Below are positions 1-12,200 of a stretch of DNA of 64,000 bases, one piece after another. The stretch is from Eledone cirrhosa. Its lineage: Eukaryota. Within the stretch, counting starts at the first letter, position 1. Each line of letters opens with the position of its first letter. The notes beneath the pieces are model-generated. The model was not told the origin of the DNA. It saw only the letters and a list, made by a program, of their open reading frames with translations, and ran no database searches. The DNA lies in the NCBI GenBank assembly GCA_964016885.1, contig OZ024740.1, positions 336,474,001 through 336,538,000 of the forward strand. The letters are read 5' to 3'. A program made the translations under genes and the position numbers.

Positions 1-31
1 AATTGACAGACACACATACAGACAGTTAGAC

Positions 32-98
<67 letters not shown>

Positions 99-127
99 CA
101 GATAGATAGATAGATAGATAGATAGAC

Positions 128-212
<85 letters not shown>
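1..212. repeat. (GATA)n microsatellite
   Basis: Direct GATA/GACA tandem repeats; continues at 721-807 on the other side of a LINE fragment. Confidence 0.97.
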
Positions 213-213
213 T

Positions 214-719
214 GTTTCTTTTATTTGCCACTAGGGCATCAAAAGTGGGACAAGTACAAAGGGGGGAGTTTACACAAAAAGGCGCCCTCAATAAGGAGGA
301 GGCAATAACAAAATATAAAAATAAAATAAGATATAACAAAAAATAAAATTCATAACAAAATCCTCAATAGAGAGGAGGCGCCTTGGGGGGTCGCACACAC
401 CCCCGAAAAAAGTGTGCAACCCTTCTCCTCAGGAGCACAGAGAAGGGGTGCTCCCTTGGTCTTTCATCTTCCTCACCTATAGTCTGATGTAGAGTGAAGG
501 CCCATTCACACGGGCCATTCTCGCCACTTTCACCCACCTTTCATAGAAACGACTGGGGTGCAGCACCTCTCGCTCCATCCTGATCCTTCTTCCGAAATGA
601 TATCGGAAGAAACGGACCAGTTGTTGGCCAGAGAGAAAGGTGCCTGACCTCAGTCCTTTCAGACGCGTCCACCATACAACCTCTTTCGCCATGGCTATTA
701 CGCACAGAAACACCGCCTC

Positions 720-720
<1 letters not shown>
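214..720 (-). mobile_element. 5'-truncated Tx1-clade LINE (ORF2 C-terminus + 3' UTR) inside (GATA)n
   Basis: Encodes EAVFLCVIAMAKEVVWWTRLKGLRSGTFLSG...RVNGPSLYIRL*, homologous to the end of ORF2 at 56852; 214-348 is nearly identical to 56414-56548; GATA repeats on both sides. Confidence 0.9.
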
Positions 721-801
<81 letters not shown>

Positions 802-1385
802 TAGATATAAACATTTTGCTCGTCGTTTTCTTTACGTTTTATTAAAGAAGCATTCCTGTGTTGTATTGGTATGTACATTTTTGGTTTTGTTTCTCAGTCC
901 TTTTAGTCGAAAGACACTGATCTGTATTGTCTTGACTTGCACCGTTTGTTGCCTTGTGTCATTTCATTTTATCCTATGTAACTCTCTTATTTAGAATCCG
1001 AAACCACAAAGACACCCAGATGACAGCTGACAAGTTAAAATTCTCCGTTTCTCCGTCTGCTCCGATCATGCTTTTGTAGCCTGATCGTTGAACAAGTTGC
1101 TTCATCTCGTATGGTTTCCTATTAGTTTAAGAGCTATCAAACGAACTAACACCTAACGAAACTTTCTCTTTTCCTTATTGTTACCTATCAACACCTTATT
1201 TATCGTGTTTTCCTTACATTTTATTTTTTGACCATTCCTGTCCCATATTGGCATGTACATTTTTTCTGAAAGAAGAGTGTAAATATCATTTTAAGATAGA
1301 ATATCCGATAGTCAATCTTAAACCGTTTCGATGGCATTTTGCCATGTAAACGGTTCAAGTTTGGTCGTCGGGCATTTTATCCTAA

Positions 1386-1705
<320 letters not shown>

Positions 1706-2033
1706 GACATGTTATGTATAATCAGACATAAGACCAGTTACGCATTTACTGAATATATATAATATATATTTTGGTTAATGTTCTGTGAAATATTGGCTCT
1801 GATTTTGTAATGGAATGAAAGAGGTGTACACATTGATCATCGCCTTGTTTATTTATGATATTGCCTGTTACCGGCAAGTGAGAAGAACACTATTTTACAT
1901 AGTGTGTCAAACTTATCTCTATTGAGAAAATACTGTCTGGAACAGCTCCTAGTTCATCGGTAACTTCCATTATAATTTGTATATAAGAACCTTTGTTATG
2001 TTTAAATACCACCTTAATAACGAGGAAGTTAGA

Positions 2034-2636
2034 TATGAGGGTGGGGTGAAAAGTTTATAGGCTGACTATGAAGGAGTGATGCTAGAGCTGTGAAATCTTG
2101 CATGCCTTAATTTCAACTCTTCTTATTAATAACTACATTTTTTGTTTTCTAGGTAATTGAAAATCTGACTGTTCAAAGAAGACTTCAAAAATAATAGTAG
2201 CGATTTCTCTTGAAAATGGCATCGAAATTATGCATCATGGTGTTATCAAGTACCTGCAGAAAAAGGGTTTAGTCTCCAAGGATATTCACGCTGACATGGT
2301 TGCTATATTAGGGAAAGACGCTCCAGCTTTATCAACAGAGTTGAGAATATTCTGCACAATGAACTTGACATGATGGTTTCTGCTCAGTGAGTGTCATATC
2401 TTCTGGCACCTGATCAAAAGCGCACCAGACTGATCACAACAAGAGAAAATTTGACATTGTTTGAGGCAGATGCAGTTGGTTTCCTAACCCAGAGTGAGCG
2501 TTGGTTTCATCAGTCAGAGACAAAGAGACAATCCATGTAATGGAAATATCCTTTCTCACCGGCTCAAAAGAAGTCCAAGGTCGTTTCATCTGCAAGGAAG
2601 GTGATGGCTTCAGTCTTAGGGGGTGCAAAATGCATT
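2034..2636 (+). mobile_element. decayed mariner-family DNA transposon (left TIR + internally deleted transposase)
   Basis: Starts TA-TGAGGGTGGGGTGAAAAGTT; translates MHHGVIKYLQKKGLVSKDIHADMVAILGKDAPALST and ETKRQSM*WKYPFSPAQKKSKVVSSARKVMASV, typical mariner transposase motifs with stops and frameshifts; related left end at 37426. Confidence 0.8.
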
Positions 2637-3017
2637 CAGAATAAAGGCAGGCGTATATTAACCCATATCTAAATTATTTACGTATAATAAACATACATTT
2701 AAACTCGCTGTGAATATTTAAGCTCTGAACATATCACAGCTACCTCAGAAACCATGGTAATAGTAGTGAAATCAATTCATTGCCTTCACAGATCGTCAAA
2801 GCTTGCTTATTTATGTTTGAGAGCTGAAGTATAATAGACTATATTTTCTTATTGGATTTTGTAAGCAAACCGTTCGTGACGCATGCGCTAATAATATAAA
2901 ATAACATTGAAATGCTTTTACTTTTCTTACCTTGATTGATGAGGCATCGAAGACATATTCACAGCTTAAGTACCAACAGCGTAAGTAAATGTATGTTTAT
3001 TATTAGTAAACATATTA

Positions 3018-3212
3018 GGGGGGTGGATTGGCATGACACATTGCTTCGCGGGATAGAGTTACGATCTGAGTTCAAATCCCGCCGAGGTTAGCTTTGCCTT
3101 TCATCCTTACGGGTTCAATAAAATAAATCACCCATCACCCACTCGAGTCGATTTAATCGACTTTAACCTCCCTCAAAATGACTGGCCCTGTGCCTAAATC
3201 AGAAACAATTAA
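3018..3212 (+). mobile_element. tRNA-derived SINE family A copy
   Basis: GAGTTCAAATCCC B-box followed by the family body GCCGAGGTTAGCTTTGCCTTTCATCCTT...GGCCCTGTGCCTAAATCAGAAAC, seen more than 10 times in the window. Confidence 0.8.
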
Positions 3213-3658
3213 TAGTAAACGTATTCTAAACGAGTTCATATACGCCTTTTATTCCGAATCACGCTATCGCTAATTAAAACTAGCCAGTCAAGTTAGTTCT
3301 AAATATAAATAAGCAATCACCACGAATGGTTTGTTTTCGTCTACGAAATATAATTCACAATTTGGTGTTACAGCAGGAGACATTTGCACATGGGGCTACG
3401 CAGTGTGATGAGATCGAACTGGAACCACGTGGTTGAGAAGCGGACTTTTAATGACAGCTATTTCAATCTTATTTAAGTCTTCTTTTCTTCCTAAAGGGAA
3501 GAATTGAAATATAAGATCTCTTTTATCTCGGTTAACCTTTGCTCACCCGTGACTTTTACCTGAAATATCTTTAGTCTATTCGTTACTCTCTTCAAATAAA
3601 ATATTCATGACAACAAACTACGCACACAGCAATGGGCGTTCATCAATACTAAACGCAG

Positions 3659-3829
<171 letters not shown>

Positions 3830-4140
3830 TCTTCCTTACACTTATTTTTCTTTGCCTATAAATCTACCTTGTCATCCATCCACCTTTGCATACCAACCAA
3901 TACCATAGTTCCAAATATCTCTGTCTCACAATGTCTTCGAATACGAAATTCTTCAACACGCAATTATCTTCTATTGCAGACACAATTCTATTTTCAAATA
4001 TATCTCTGTCCAAATATCTCACTGCAAATTCCAAAACCTTTTACCTTCTGAAGAACTATTCCATAAACATCAATTTCAGCCGCCTCTTTTTCTGTCATTT
4101 CTAAAGTTCTCTCGCTATTTCACAACCTATATCTCTCTAA

Positions 4141-4171
<31 letters not shown>

Positions 4172-4224
4172 CTTATCTTTCTCTATCTATCTAACTATCT
4201 TTCTCTAACTATCTATCTATCTAC

Positions 4225-4262
<38 letters not shown>

Positions 4263-4914
4263 CTATTTATCTATCTATCTCGCTTTCTCACTTTCACTTA
4301 CGCTCAATCTATAAAGTTATGTTATTCTCATTCAGTCTCTACAAATATCTTCGCTGTCTATTTCCCATTCTCATTCAAATTACTTTCCATCTCAAAATAT
4401 AGCTACCCCCTAAACACCTCTATACCTCTCCCTAAACACTGTCAATTCTAAAAGTCTGCAACCTCTCAAACATCTCAGTCACTCAAAATGTATTCACCCC
4501 TCCAATCACTTCTAACCAACCAACCCACCCACCCAACCACCAACTCATCACTGTCTACAAAAGCTTCGGTAACCAAACATCAGTTAAATCAATGTTTAGT
4601 GTGTTGTAGTGTAAATACGTCGCTGATATCCAAAAGACTATAATTATATCTTACAAACGTCAGTTTTAGAAATAGGTCCGTCAATTTCTGCAAATTCCTT
4701 TTTTCTATTGAACAAGCAGCGTTGAAATAACTTTACTGTTAACGCCACAATAATCATCTTTTGTTTATTCTTGTATTAACGTTAATAGCTTCCATAGAAA
4801 AATTGCTGCCAAATTAAAAACCAACAAATAGGAGGAATTCTCTATTAAATGTTGAAGTAGCGAGTCATTTGAGAAAATGGAGCCATTTTGATTTCCGTTT
4901 TTAATTACAATAGC

Positions 4915-5048
4915 TTAATTTGAAGAAGAATTCCCATTGGAACTGGCAGGATTCGAAATAGAAGCAGTCACGACATAATTATTATTTCTAACGACTGCCG
5001 AATCAGTTAATACTAAAGGGACTTCGGGGTCTTTGAGCTTTTGGAGTG
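4915..5048 (-). CDS. candidate terminal coding exon of an unidentified gene
   Basis: Pyrimidine tract + AAG acceptor, open frame (A)LQKLKDPEVPLVLTDSAVVRNNNYVVTASISNPASSNGNSSSN*, AATAAA ~150 nt downstream; no homology recognised. Confidence 0.3.
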
Positions 5049-5209
5049 CTTTGTGGAATAGGGGGTAATAGAAAAATAGAATGTATTTGGTTGCATGTAT
5101 GTGACACAAAGAGTGTTATGAGAGCTTGGTAAAACAAGAAAAGTTTAGTTGAAAGTAAGTTAGAGTCAATTAACATCAACTGATGTACTGAGATATATTT
5201 ATATATGTA

Positions 5210-5373
5210 TGTATACATACATACAGACAGCCAAACATACATACATGCATATATACATACATACATGCATACATACATGCATATATAGATACATACATAC
5301 ATACAAACATACATACATACATACATACAAACATACATACATACATACATACATACATACATACATACATACA

Positions 5374-5407
<34 letters not shown>

Positions 5408-5410
5408 CAT
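5210..5410. repeat. (TACA)n microsatellite
   Basis: Direct inspection. Confidence 0.93.
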
Positions 5411-6086
5411 AGGTGCAAAGCCAAAGGTTGTGTGTGTGTAGGGAGAGAGAGGGGGGGAGAGTCTAATGTATATGTAAATACCTGTCAGAATGTTCGTCTT
5501 AGTAGTAAAACCTCTAAATTATATACTATGTGACATCCACATTCAGTCTAAAACACACATGGGATGTATGAATAAAACTAGCTATAAGATCTGTTCCAAT
5601 CTATCTCAACTATCTGACAGTAGTGTAGAGTTTGGGATAAATTAGCGATATGTTTTATAGACGGGAGGTTTATGTTGGTGCTTATGTCATCGGAAAGAGA
5701 TATCTAGAAACCTATAGTTTAAGTGGATGTCTGTGTAGTTAGAATGTTCGATTCACTGCCACGGATTTTGAGGGTTTGATTTCAATGTGCTGTACTTCTC
5801 ACAAATGTCTTGTTCTACTACCTCAAGATTCAAAATTCCCTGTTAGTGTGATTTGATAAATGAAAAGTATGTCGCTATAGTAAATTACAAATAGAACCAA
5901 TATATATATTTGTTTGTATGAATGAAAAAAGAAATGAATAGATACGCCAGAAGACAGAAACGTCTTCTTCACTCGTCAGCCGCCAAACTGGATATACGTA
6001 TGTATGTATGTATGTATGTATGTATGTATGTATGTATGTATGTATGTATGTATGTATGTATGTATGTATGTATGTATGTATGTCAG

Positions 6087-6690
6087 GTCACCAGTTGGTG
6101 CTACAGGTAACATGTATCCCAGTACAACCTGTCCCATGGTCGGGTCGTTGGCGACTAAACTGGCAACCCCACCAAGGTTTCTTGATGAGGAGGGTGACTT
6201 TGGACATCCTGCAGGACTAAAAACAAAACCTGTCAAAGGGCAAAGGAGCTCTTAAGAGTCAATGGCCATCTAAAATCACTGGGAGAGATGACCCCTTAGC
6301 CTTTGTCAAGGCAGAATTCTAGGAGAAGGAAAACTCTGATATAACACCTGCAACCCTGATGGTATCCAATGATGTTGACTTGTTCTTCTTTTTGGTAAAT
6401 ATCATCTTGGTTAAGAGAGTGGGACTGGCTTTGTGCAGTGCCTTTGCTCACTATACAAGCTTCACGGCACAGGCATTGCTTTATATCTGGAGATCTCTCT
6501 GCACTTGTCATCACATGGTACCATGGGCCCAGCACTATGTGTCAATAATTGTCACAAGTGTAGTGTTTGTGCCAGAGTTTTCAAGTCGCTGGCTGGACTA
6601 AAAAGTCACACTCGTTCAGCGCATCGGTAGGGGTTCTCCTACATGGATATAAAGTAGTGGCCGTACTCGAAAACGAGTTGGCAGCCACCA
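6087..6690 (+). mobile_element. ~600-bp non-autonomous RTE-derived retroelement in (TATG)n
   Basis: Near-identical full copy at 54715-55317 (-); 3' part keeps a C2H2 knuckle [23 protein letters not shown] like RTE ORF C-termini; TATG repeats on both sides; no RT. Confidence 0.8.
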
Positions 6691-6715
6691 TATATGTATG
6701 TATGTTTGTATGTCG

Positions 6716-6903
6716 GGTCACTCTTGAGTGTTACTGGTAACATGTAACCCAGTACAACCTGTCGCATGTTCGGGTCGTCGGCGACTAAACCAGCAACCCC
6801 ACCAAGTTTACTTGGTGAGGAGGTGATTTTGGACACCCTGTAAGACAAAAAACAAAACCTGACAAAAGGCGGAAGAACTTATAATAGTCAACGGCCATCC
6901 AAA
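6716..6903 (+). mobile_element. 5' fragment of the same RTE-derived element (diverged)
   Basis: GGTAACATGTAACCCAGTACAACCTGTC...CAACCCCACCAAG...AAACAAAACCTG aligns to 6087-6270. Confidence 0.75.
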
Positions 6904-7042
6904 AGTGTGTAAATATGTATATATACATATGTACATATGTATGTATATGTATATACACATATACATATACATACATATGTACATGTGTATATACATATTT
7001 ACACACTTTTGGATGGCCGTTGACTCTTATGAGTTCTTCCGC
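6869..7042. repeat. fold-back inverted repeat, ~85-bp arms
   Basis: GCGGAAGAAC..AGTCAACGGCCATCCAAAAGTGTGTAAATATG is mirrored by CATATTTACACACTTTTGGATGGCCGTTGACT..GTTCTTCCGC. Confidence 0.9.
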
Positions 7043-7077
7043 TCTTGGTGCATGTGTATATATATATGCACGGGGAC

Positions 7078-7421
7078 ATAGAAATAGTTGGGCTGGACAC
7101 CCGATCGCGTGGTTAAACCACTGGGAGTGAAAGACCCCTAGCCTTTCTTAGGGCATTCTTCTACGAGAAGACAACTCAGGAAACTGGGATAACTTCGATA
7201 TAAAACCTGCGGCTCAGTAGTTACCGATGATGTTGATCTTTTCTTCTTGTCGGATTATAGCTACTGTCGCTCAGAGAGTGGGATTGGTTCAGTGCACAGT
7301 CTTTCCTCACTTTAAAAAATATTTTCACGCACAGGCATTGCACGATAGAATTAATTAATAATTATTAATAATGGTATATCGTGCAATGGCCATACTCGAT
7401 AACGATGGGGGCAGCCATCAT
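7078..7421 (+). mobile_element. shorter (~345 bp) sister family of the RTE-derived element
   Basis: Second copy at 15810-16152; shares CACTGGGAG..CCCCTAGCCTTT, GAGAGTGGGA, CACAGGCATTGC and the 3' end TGGCC.TACTCGA.AACGA...GGCAGCCA.CATG with 6087-6690. Confidence 0.75.
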
Positions 7422-7427
7422 GCATGT

Positions 7428-8150
7428 ATGTTCTTCTGGTTTTATAATTTCACAAATTTTTGCCAATAGAGAAAGAGTCGGTTTCTAACATAGATACAAT
7501 ACTCTCTCATTGGAATTTACATAACATCAACTAGGTAGATATGTATGCATGTCTGCATGCATGCATGTGTGTGTAGGTATGGATGTTATTGTATGTGTGT
7601 CTATGGATGTTTTGAGTTGTATATATGCTTTGTAACTGTACATGCGTATATGCAGTTATTAGATGCAGAATTTTTGGAATGTTTTACATATTTTTACTGT
7701 TCCATTAATGGATTGTACTTGTAATTTCCTAACTAGTGCTCTTTCTGTTTCTGTGAAGCCTATCTTCTCAAGATGTGTACTGAGGCAGTTGATAACATAT
7801 CCTAGTGCCCCAATAACACAGGTATAAATCTGAAGGTGTAATCAGGGTGGTGTATCTGTAGATTTCTCATTAGTTCTGCATAGATATTCTCCTTTTCGCT
7901 AATCTTTTATATTATATTGGCATCTGCTGGACAGTTAACTTCCACTACTGTGCATGCCTTCTTTTCCCTTTCCCATATCATTATATCTGGTCTGTTATGC
8001 CTGCATTTTATTGGGGTTTTTACTGGAACATTCCACCAGTATTCTTTCATATTATGTATATGTATGCTGTACCTTTTAATGTGTTTATTATCGGGGCTTT
8101 CTTTTCTACGGATTGCATTCTACATCATGCCTCATAGGTAGATAGTACCG
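7428..8150 (-). mobile_element. 5'-truncated R4/Dong-like non-LTR retrotransposon (REL endonuclease + 3' UTR)
   Basis: Minus strand reads MRHD..., MKEYWWNVPVKTPIKCRHNRPDIMIWEREKKACTVVEVNCPADANII*KISEKENIYAELMRNL..., ending QSINGTVKICKTFQKFCI*; PD-(D/E) REL motif; 3' end runs into (TACA) repeat. Confidence 0.8.
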
Positions 8151-8164
8151 CGATGACGTATGTA

Positions 8165-8350
8165 TGTTCTGTTATATAATTTTATAATTTTTACCAATAG
8201 AGAGAGACTCGGTTTCTACATAGATACAAGACTCTCTCATTGGAACTTAGACATCAACTAGGTAGATATGTATGTCTGTATGCGTGTGTGTGCAGGTATG
8301 GATGTTATTGTATGTGTGGGTGACCATGCTTTAAGTTATATGTGTACTTT
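8165..8350 (-). mobile_element. second short 3' UTR fragment of the R4/Dong-like element
   Basis: CCAATAGAGA..TCGGTTTCTA.CATAGATACAA.ACTCTCTCATTGGAA..CAACTAGGTAGATATGTATG duplicates 7430-7630. Confidence 0.75.
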
Positions 8351-8378
8351 GTATGTATGTGTGCATGTATGTATGTAT

Positions 8379-8668
8379 GTAAATATCATCTTGGTTAAGA
8401 GAGTGGGACTGGCTTTGTGCAGTGCCTTTGCTCACTATAAAAGCTTCACGGCACAGGCATTGCTTTATATCTGGAAATCACTTGTCGTCACATGGTACCA
8501 TGGGTCCAGCACTATGTGTCAATAATTGTCACAAGTGTAGTGTTTGTACCAGAGTTTTCAAGTCGCTGGCTGGACTAAAATGTCACACTTGTTCAGCGCA
8601 TCGGTAGGGGTTCTCCTACACGGATATAAAGTAGTGGCCGTACTCGAAAACGAGTTGGCAGCCACCAT
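8379..8668 (+). mobile_element. 5'-truncated copy of the 600-bp RTE-derived element
   Basis: Matches 6396-6690 including the C2H2 remnant; (TATG)n on both sides. Confidence 0.85.
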
Positions 8669-8935
8669 GTATGTATGTATGTTCGTACGTATGTATGTAT
8701 ATACGTACGTCTGCATGTATGTATATGTATGCGTGTTTATGAATGTATGCGTGTATGTATTTATGTGCGTTTGCATGTATGTATATGTAGGTGTGTATGT
8801 ATTTATGTATGTATGTATGCATGTAAGCATGGCTGGATAGACGTGTCTTTCACCCGTATATAGAGGAGAAGGATGTAAATATCGAACGATGCCCTTTGCA
8901 GTGAAGTGAGTAGCAAACAGTGCATTGTTGCTCAC

Positions 8936-8967
8936 CGTCATAAATGCTGTGAAGCCCCAGTCATTGG
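8936..8967 (-). CDS. candidate 32-nt micro-exon
   Basis: ttttacaag|CCAATGACTGGGGCTTCACAGCATTTATGACG|gtgagc; reads (A)NDWGFTAFMT. Confidence 0.2.
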
Positions 8968-9055
8968 CTTGTAAAACCGTAACCAATGATGTTATGTAAT
9001 AGTATAGATTCATTTATTTAAATATGATATTATTTTTAGTAACAATAATAATAAT

Positions 9056-9176
9056 AATTGTTTCTACTTTTGGCACAAGTCCAGCAATTACCCCAGCGCA
9101 TTACTAGTGCTTTATTTTATCGACCCTGTAAAGGATGAAAGGCAAAGTTAACCCTTTAGCGGGATTTGAACTCAGA
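9056..9176 (-). mobile_element. SINE family A, 5'-truncated
   Basis: Reverse complement of the family body. Confidence 0.8.
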
Positions 9177-9606
9177 AAATAATGACAACTATAATAACGG
9201 CAATAGTAAAAAAAGGAAAAAGGAAACAAAAGGAAAGAAAGAATAGTGAAATATTGAGAAAAAAGAGAAAAAGAGAGAAGAAAGAGAACGGGAATGGGAG
9301 GGGTGGCAATAGCTGGTGTCGCAGAAGAGAGAGGAGGGTGAAAGGGGGCGTGATTGGGCTTTGGGCCTAGGGCAAAGGGGTAGAAGTGCTGTGCCTCTCG
9401 GACACGACAGCAAAAGCATTCCCGCGGACGATGGCCAGTGACACCCGCTGCAACAGCCACCCAACCTCTCGTCCCAAATTGTGATATAGAATAATGCTGA
9501 ATGTTGTTTAGTGGAGGGGTTTAGACAGTAGATGTCTAATTATTGAATTGTTTAGTGTTTAGTCTGACTAGTTATAGACAAATGATTGTCTAGAGGATGT
9601 GAGCCC

Positions 9607-9882
9607 CCTGCTCGAGAAATTAAAGTATATTCCATACACGTGTGCCCATAACGTAATTATGAGGGAGATTCAGGGTAACAGGGTCTATTACATAGCTTAA
9701 CCATTAGATTACTGGTACAGTCCACCCGAAAGGCTTCCACACAGCTTCTGTCTGCCCAGTATCACAAGACTTGAGGCGACACAAGGCTATGGTAAATGAC
9801 ACTTGAGCAAGATGTCACATAGTGGGCTTGAACCCAGTGCCTAATGATTGCGGAACGAACTTCTTAACCATACAGCTATGCC
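9607..9882 (-). mobile_element. tRNA-derived CORE-like SINE family B
   Basis: Minus strand GGCATAGCTGTATGGTTAAGAAG (A box)...GGGTTCAAGCCC (B box), then GTGACATCTTGCTCAAGTGTC (CORE-like); copy at 13424-13738. Confidence 0.75.
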
Positions 9883-10192
9883 ATTTCCACAAACCCAGGT
9901 AATAAACACAGGTAACAATTTAAGTTTCCTATGTGTTACTGCGGAGAAAATGTATATTTGTTTGACTTTAAATTGAGTGAAACGTTTCATTCAAGTGAAT
10001 GTTGAGTATAACTTGAATAACTCTATACGAATTCAGAATAAAGATTGTTGGATGTATGAATAGTAAAGCTTTGTAAGTGAGCGTAACACTGAGCAAGCAA
10101 ATGTAACACACTTCGCTCGCTTGCTCGCTCTCTCTACCTATCTAGCTAGCAAGCTAGCTATTTATCTATCTATCACTCAGTCTCACCCTCTT

Positions 10193-10266
<74 letters not shown>

Positions 10267-10308
10267 CAATATATTAATAAATGGAAACTATATTTATAAA
10301 ACCATATT

Positions 10309-10374
10309 TATTTTATTATATATATTTCAAGGGCAACCAAGGCAAATTATGGTGCGCTTTCATCAGATAAAATA
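10309..10374 (-). ncRNA. minimal type I hammerhead ribozyme
   Basis: TATTTTAT-CTGATGA-aagcgcacca..tggttgccctt-GAAA-tatata-TA-ATAAAATA: 8-bp stem I, intact core, palindromic stem III loop. Confidence 0.78.
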
Positions 10375-10497
10375 CAGATTTGTTTTATAAATAAATATTG
10401 ACATACCCGGACAAAAAGACAACCTTCCTGGATAGCTCCAACCGTTAAGGTTGTCTTTTTTCCGGGTATGTCAATATTTATTTATAAAACAAATCTG

Positions 10498-10562
10498 TAT
10501 TTTATCTGATGAAAGCGCACCATAATTTTCCTTGATTGCCCTGAAATATAGATAATAAAATA
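10498..10562 (+). ncRNA. minimal type I hammerhead ribozyme
   Basis: TATTTTAT-CTGATGA-stem II-GAAA-tataga-TA-ATAAAATA. Confidence 0.72.
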
Positions 10563-11893
10563 AATATGGTTTTATAAATATAGTTTCCATTTATTAATAT
10601 ATTGTGTATTTACTCCACTAACTTGTTGAGTGCTTTATATCAGTTATAAAAATGTTTTAGCTTGTTGAATCCCAACAAATTAAATATAACCTCTGCATAT
10701 ATATATATATATATATATATTCTTGCAAACATCGCCAAAATTCCACGTTCAGAACTATTTTTAATTTATAATATCCCTATAAACCTTCAAAATGATCCTA
10801 TTTTTTTTTTATTTAAAAGTAAATTTTTTTATATTTTTAATATTATTAATATTTTTTAATATTTTTTAATATTTTTAATAATTTTAATATTTCAAAAATG
10901 TTTTAATACCTCTAATATTTATAATATTTTTAATATATATATTTAATATTTTAATTTCCTACATTATTTTAATTCTGACATTATTTTTGAAATGCACTCC
11001 TATAAATATATTTTAGATGTAGATTGATAATCTTTAAATGACATTCTGAAAATGTATCCTCTTTACGATAGTTCTTCGAAAAACACATTACATTTTTTCT
11101 CTCTCTTTTTGTTATTCAAACATTCACACATCTTTCGACTAAAATAATGGATCTCACACAAAATAATATATAATCTTTCTCTAATTTAATGATTAACAAA
11201 CAAAATTGGAGTTATCTTTCCTTTCTCAATCGTGCAAACATAAGCATTTTACGTTTAATAATTATCATACAGATTATAATCTGTATAGCTTCGCTAAATT
11301 AACAATATTCTGAAAACATTCTCAATGTTGAACAAAATTTTTGAATCCACAAATTGTTCTACTCTCACAACTTGAACCACCTATTTTTTAAGTAAAATAC
11401 AAATTCAACGTCCTTCGTAACTCATATTTGATATATAAACAACTAATACATACGCAATTTATTAATATATATATAACCTATCCTAAGATATAACCTATAC
11501 CTAAGATATATATAACCTATACCTAAGATATTTAACCTATCCTAATGTAATAAGATAAAATACATACAACCATAATTCTTCATATAATCTAATTGATTAT
11601 ATATACAATATTATAACTCATATTATTTTCCCCCCAAATTAACGTAAATGCTAGCCCTTCTTCCTTTCTTTTCTTTCCTACGCATACAATAACTTATCAT
11701 AATTATTTAAATTTTCCATAGCGTCTAAAATAACGTTTTTTTTTCAGTCCTTTTACATAAACCTCATTTGCATACTCATCTTAATAATTTGAAATATCTG
11801 ACTTTTCTTCTCTTCCCTTCAGTATCCAGAGATAACTTGAACCGTTAAGGTATATTATCCTTGGTTATGTCAAAATTTATAAAACACACTTCG

Positions 11894-11955
11894 TATTTTA
11901 TCTGATGATAGCGTACCAAAATGTTTGGTACCCTTGAAATATATATAAAAGAATA
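11894..11955 (+). ncRNA. minimal type I hammerhead ribozyme
   Basis: TATTTTAT-CTGATGA-tagcgtaccaaaatgtttggtaccctt-GAAA-tatata-TA-AAAGAATA; stem II differs in sequence but keeps pairing (gtacca/tggtac). Confidence 0.68.
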
Positions 11956-12117
11956 AATATGGTTTTATAAATATAGTTTCCATTTATTTAATATCATTGT
12001 ATAAACATATATATATATTTATTTATTTATCTAGCTATTTATCTATCTATCACTCAGTCTCACCCTCTCTCTATATATATATATATATATATATTTATTT
12101 CTATCTATCTATCTTAG

Positions 12118-12122
<5 letters not shown>

Positions 12123-12197
<75 letters not shown>
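12123..12197. repeat. (TC)n microsatellite
   Basis: Direct inspection. Confidence 0.95.

Positions 12198-12200
<3 letters not shown>

Larger units (their letters stand above)
10266..10605. repeat. long inverted repeat (~160-bp arms 10266-10426 / 10447-10605), Penelope pLTR-like
   Basis: Arms are near-perfect reverse complements around a 20-nt loop. Confidence 0.92.

Noticed and set aside
1318-1360. Hairpin AACCGTTT..ATGGCA/TGCCAT..AAACGGTT
   Set aside because: No ribozyme core and single copy; no support for function
2878-2990. ACGCATGCGC (NRF1-like) motif with nearby GTAAG donors on both strands
   Set aside because: A single short motif with no CpG island or other promoter support
8936-8967. 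NDWGFTAFM resembles the MATH-domain DWGF motif
   Set aside because: Too short; neighbouring candidate exons do not supply the rest of the domain with correct spacing
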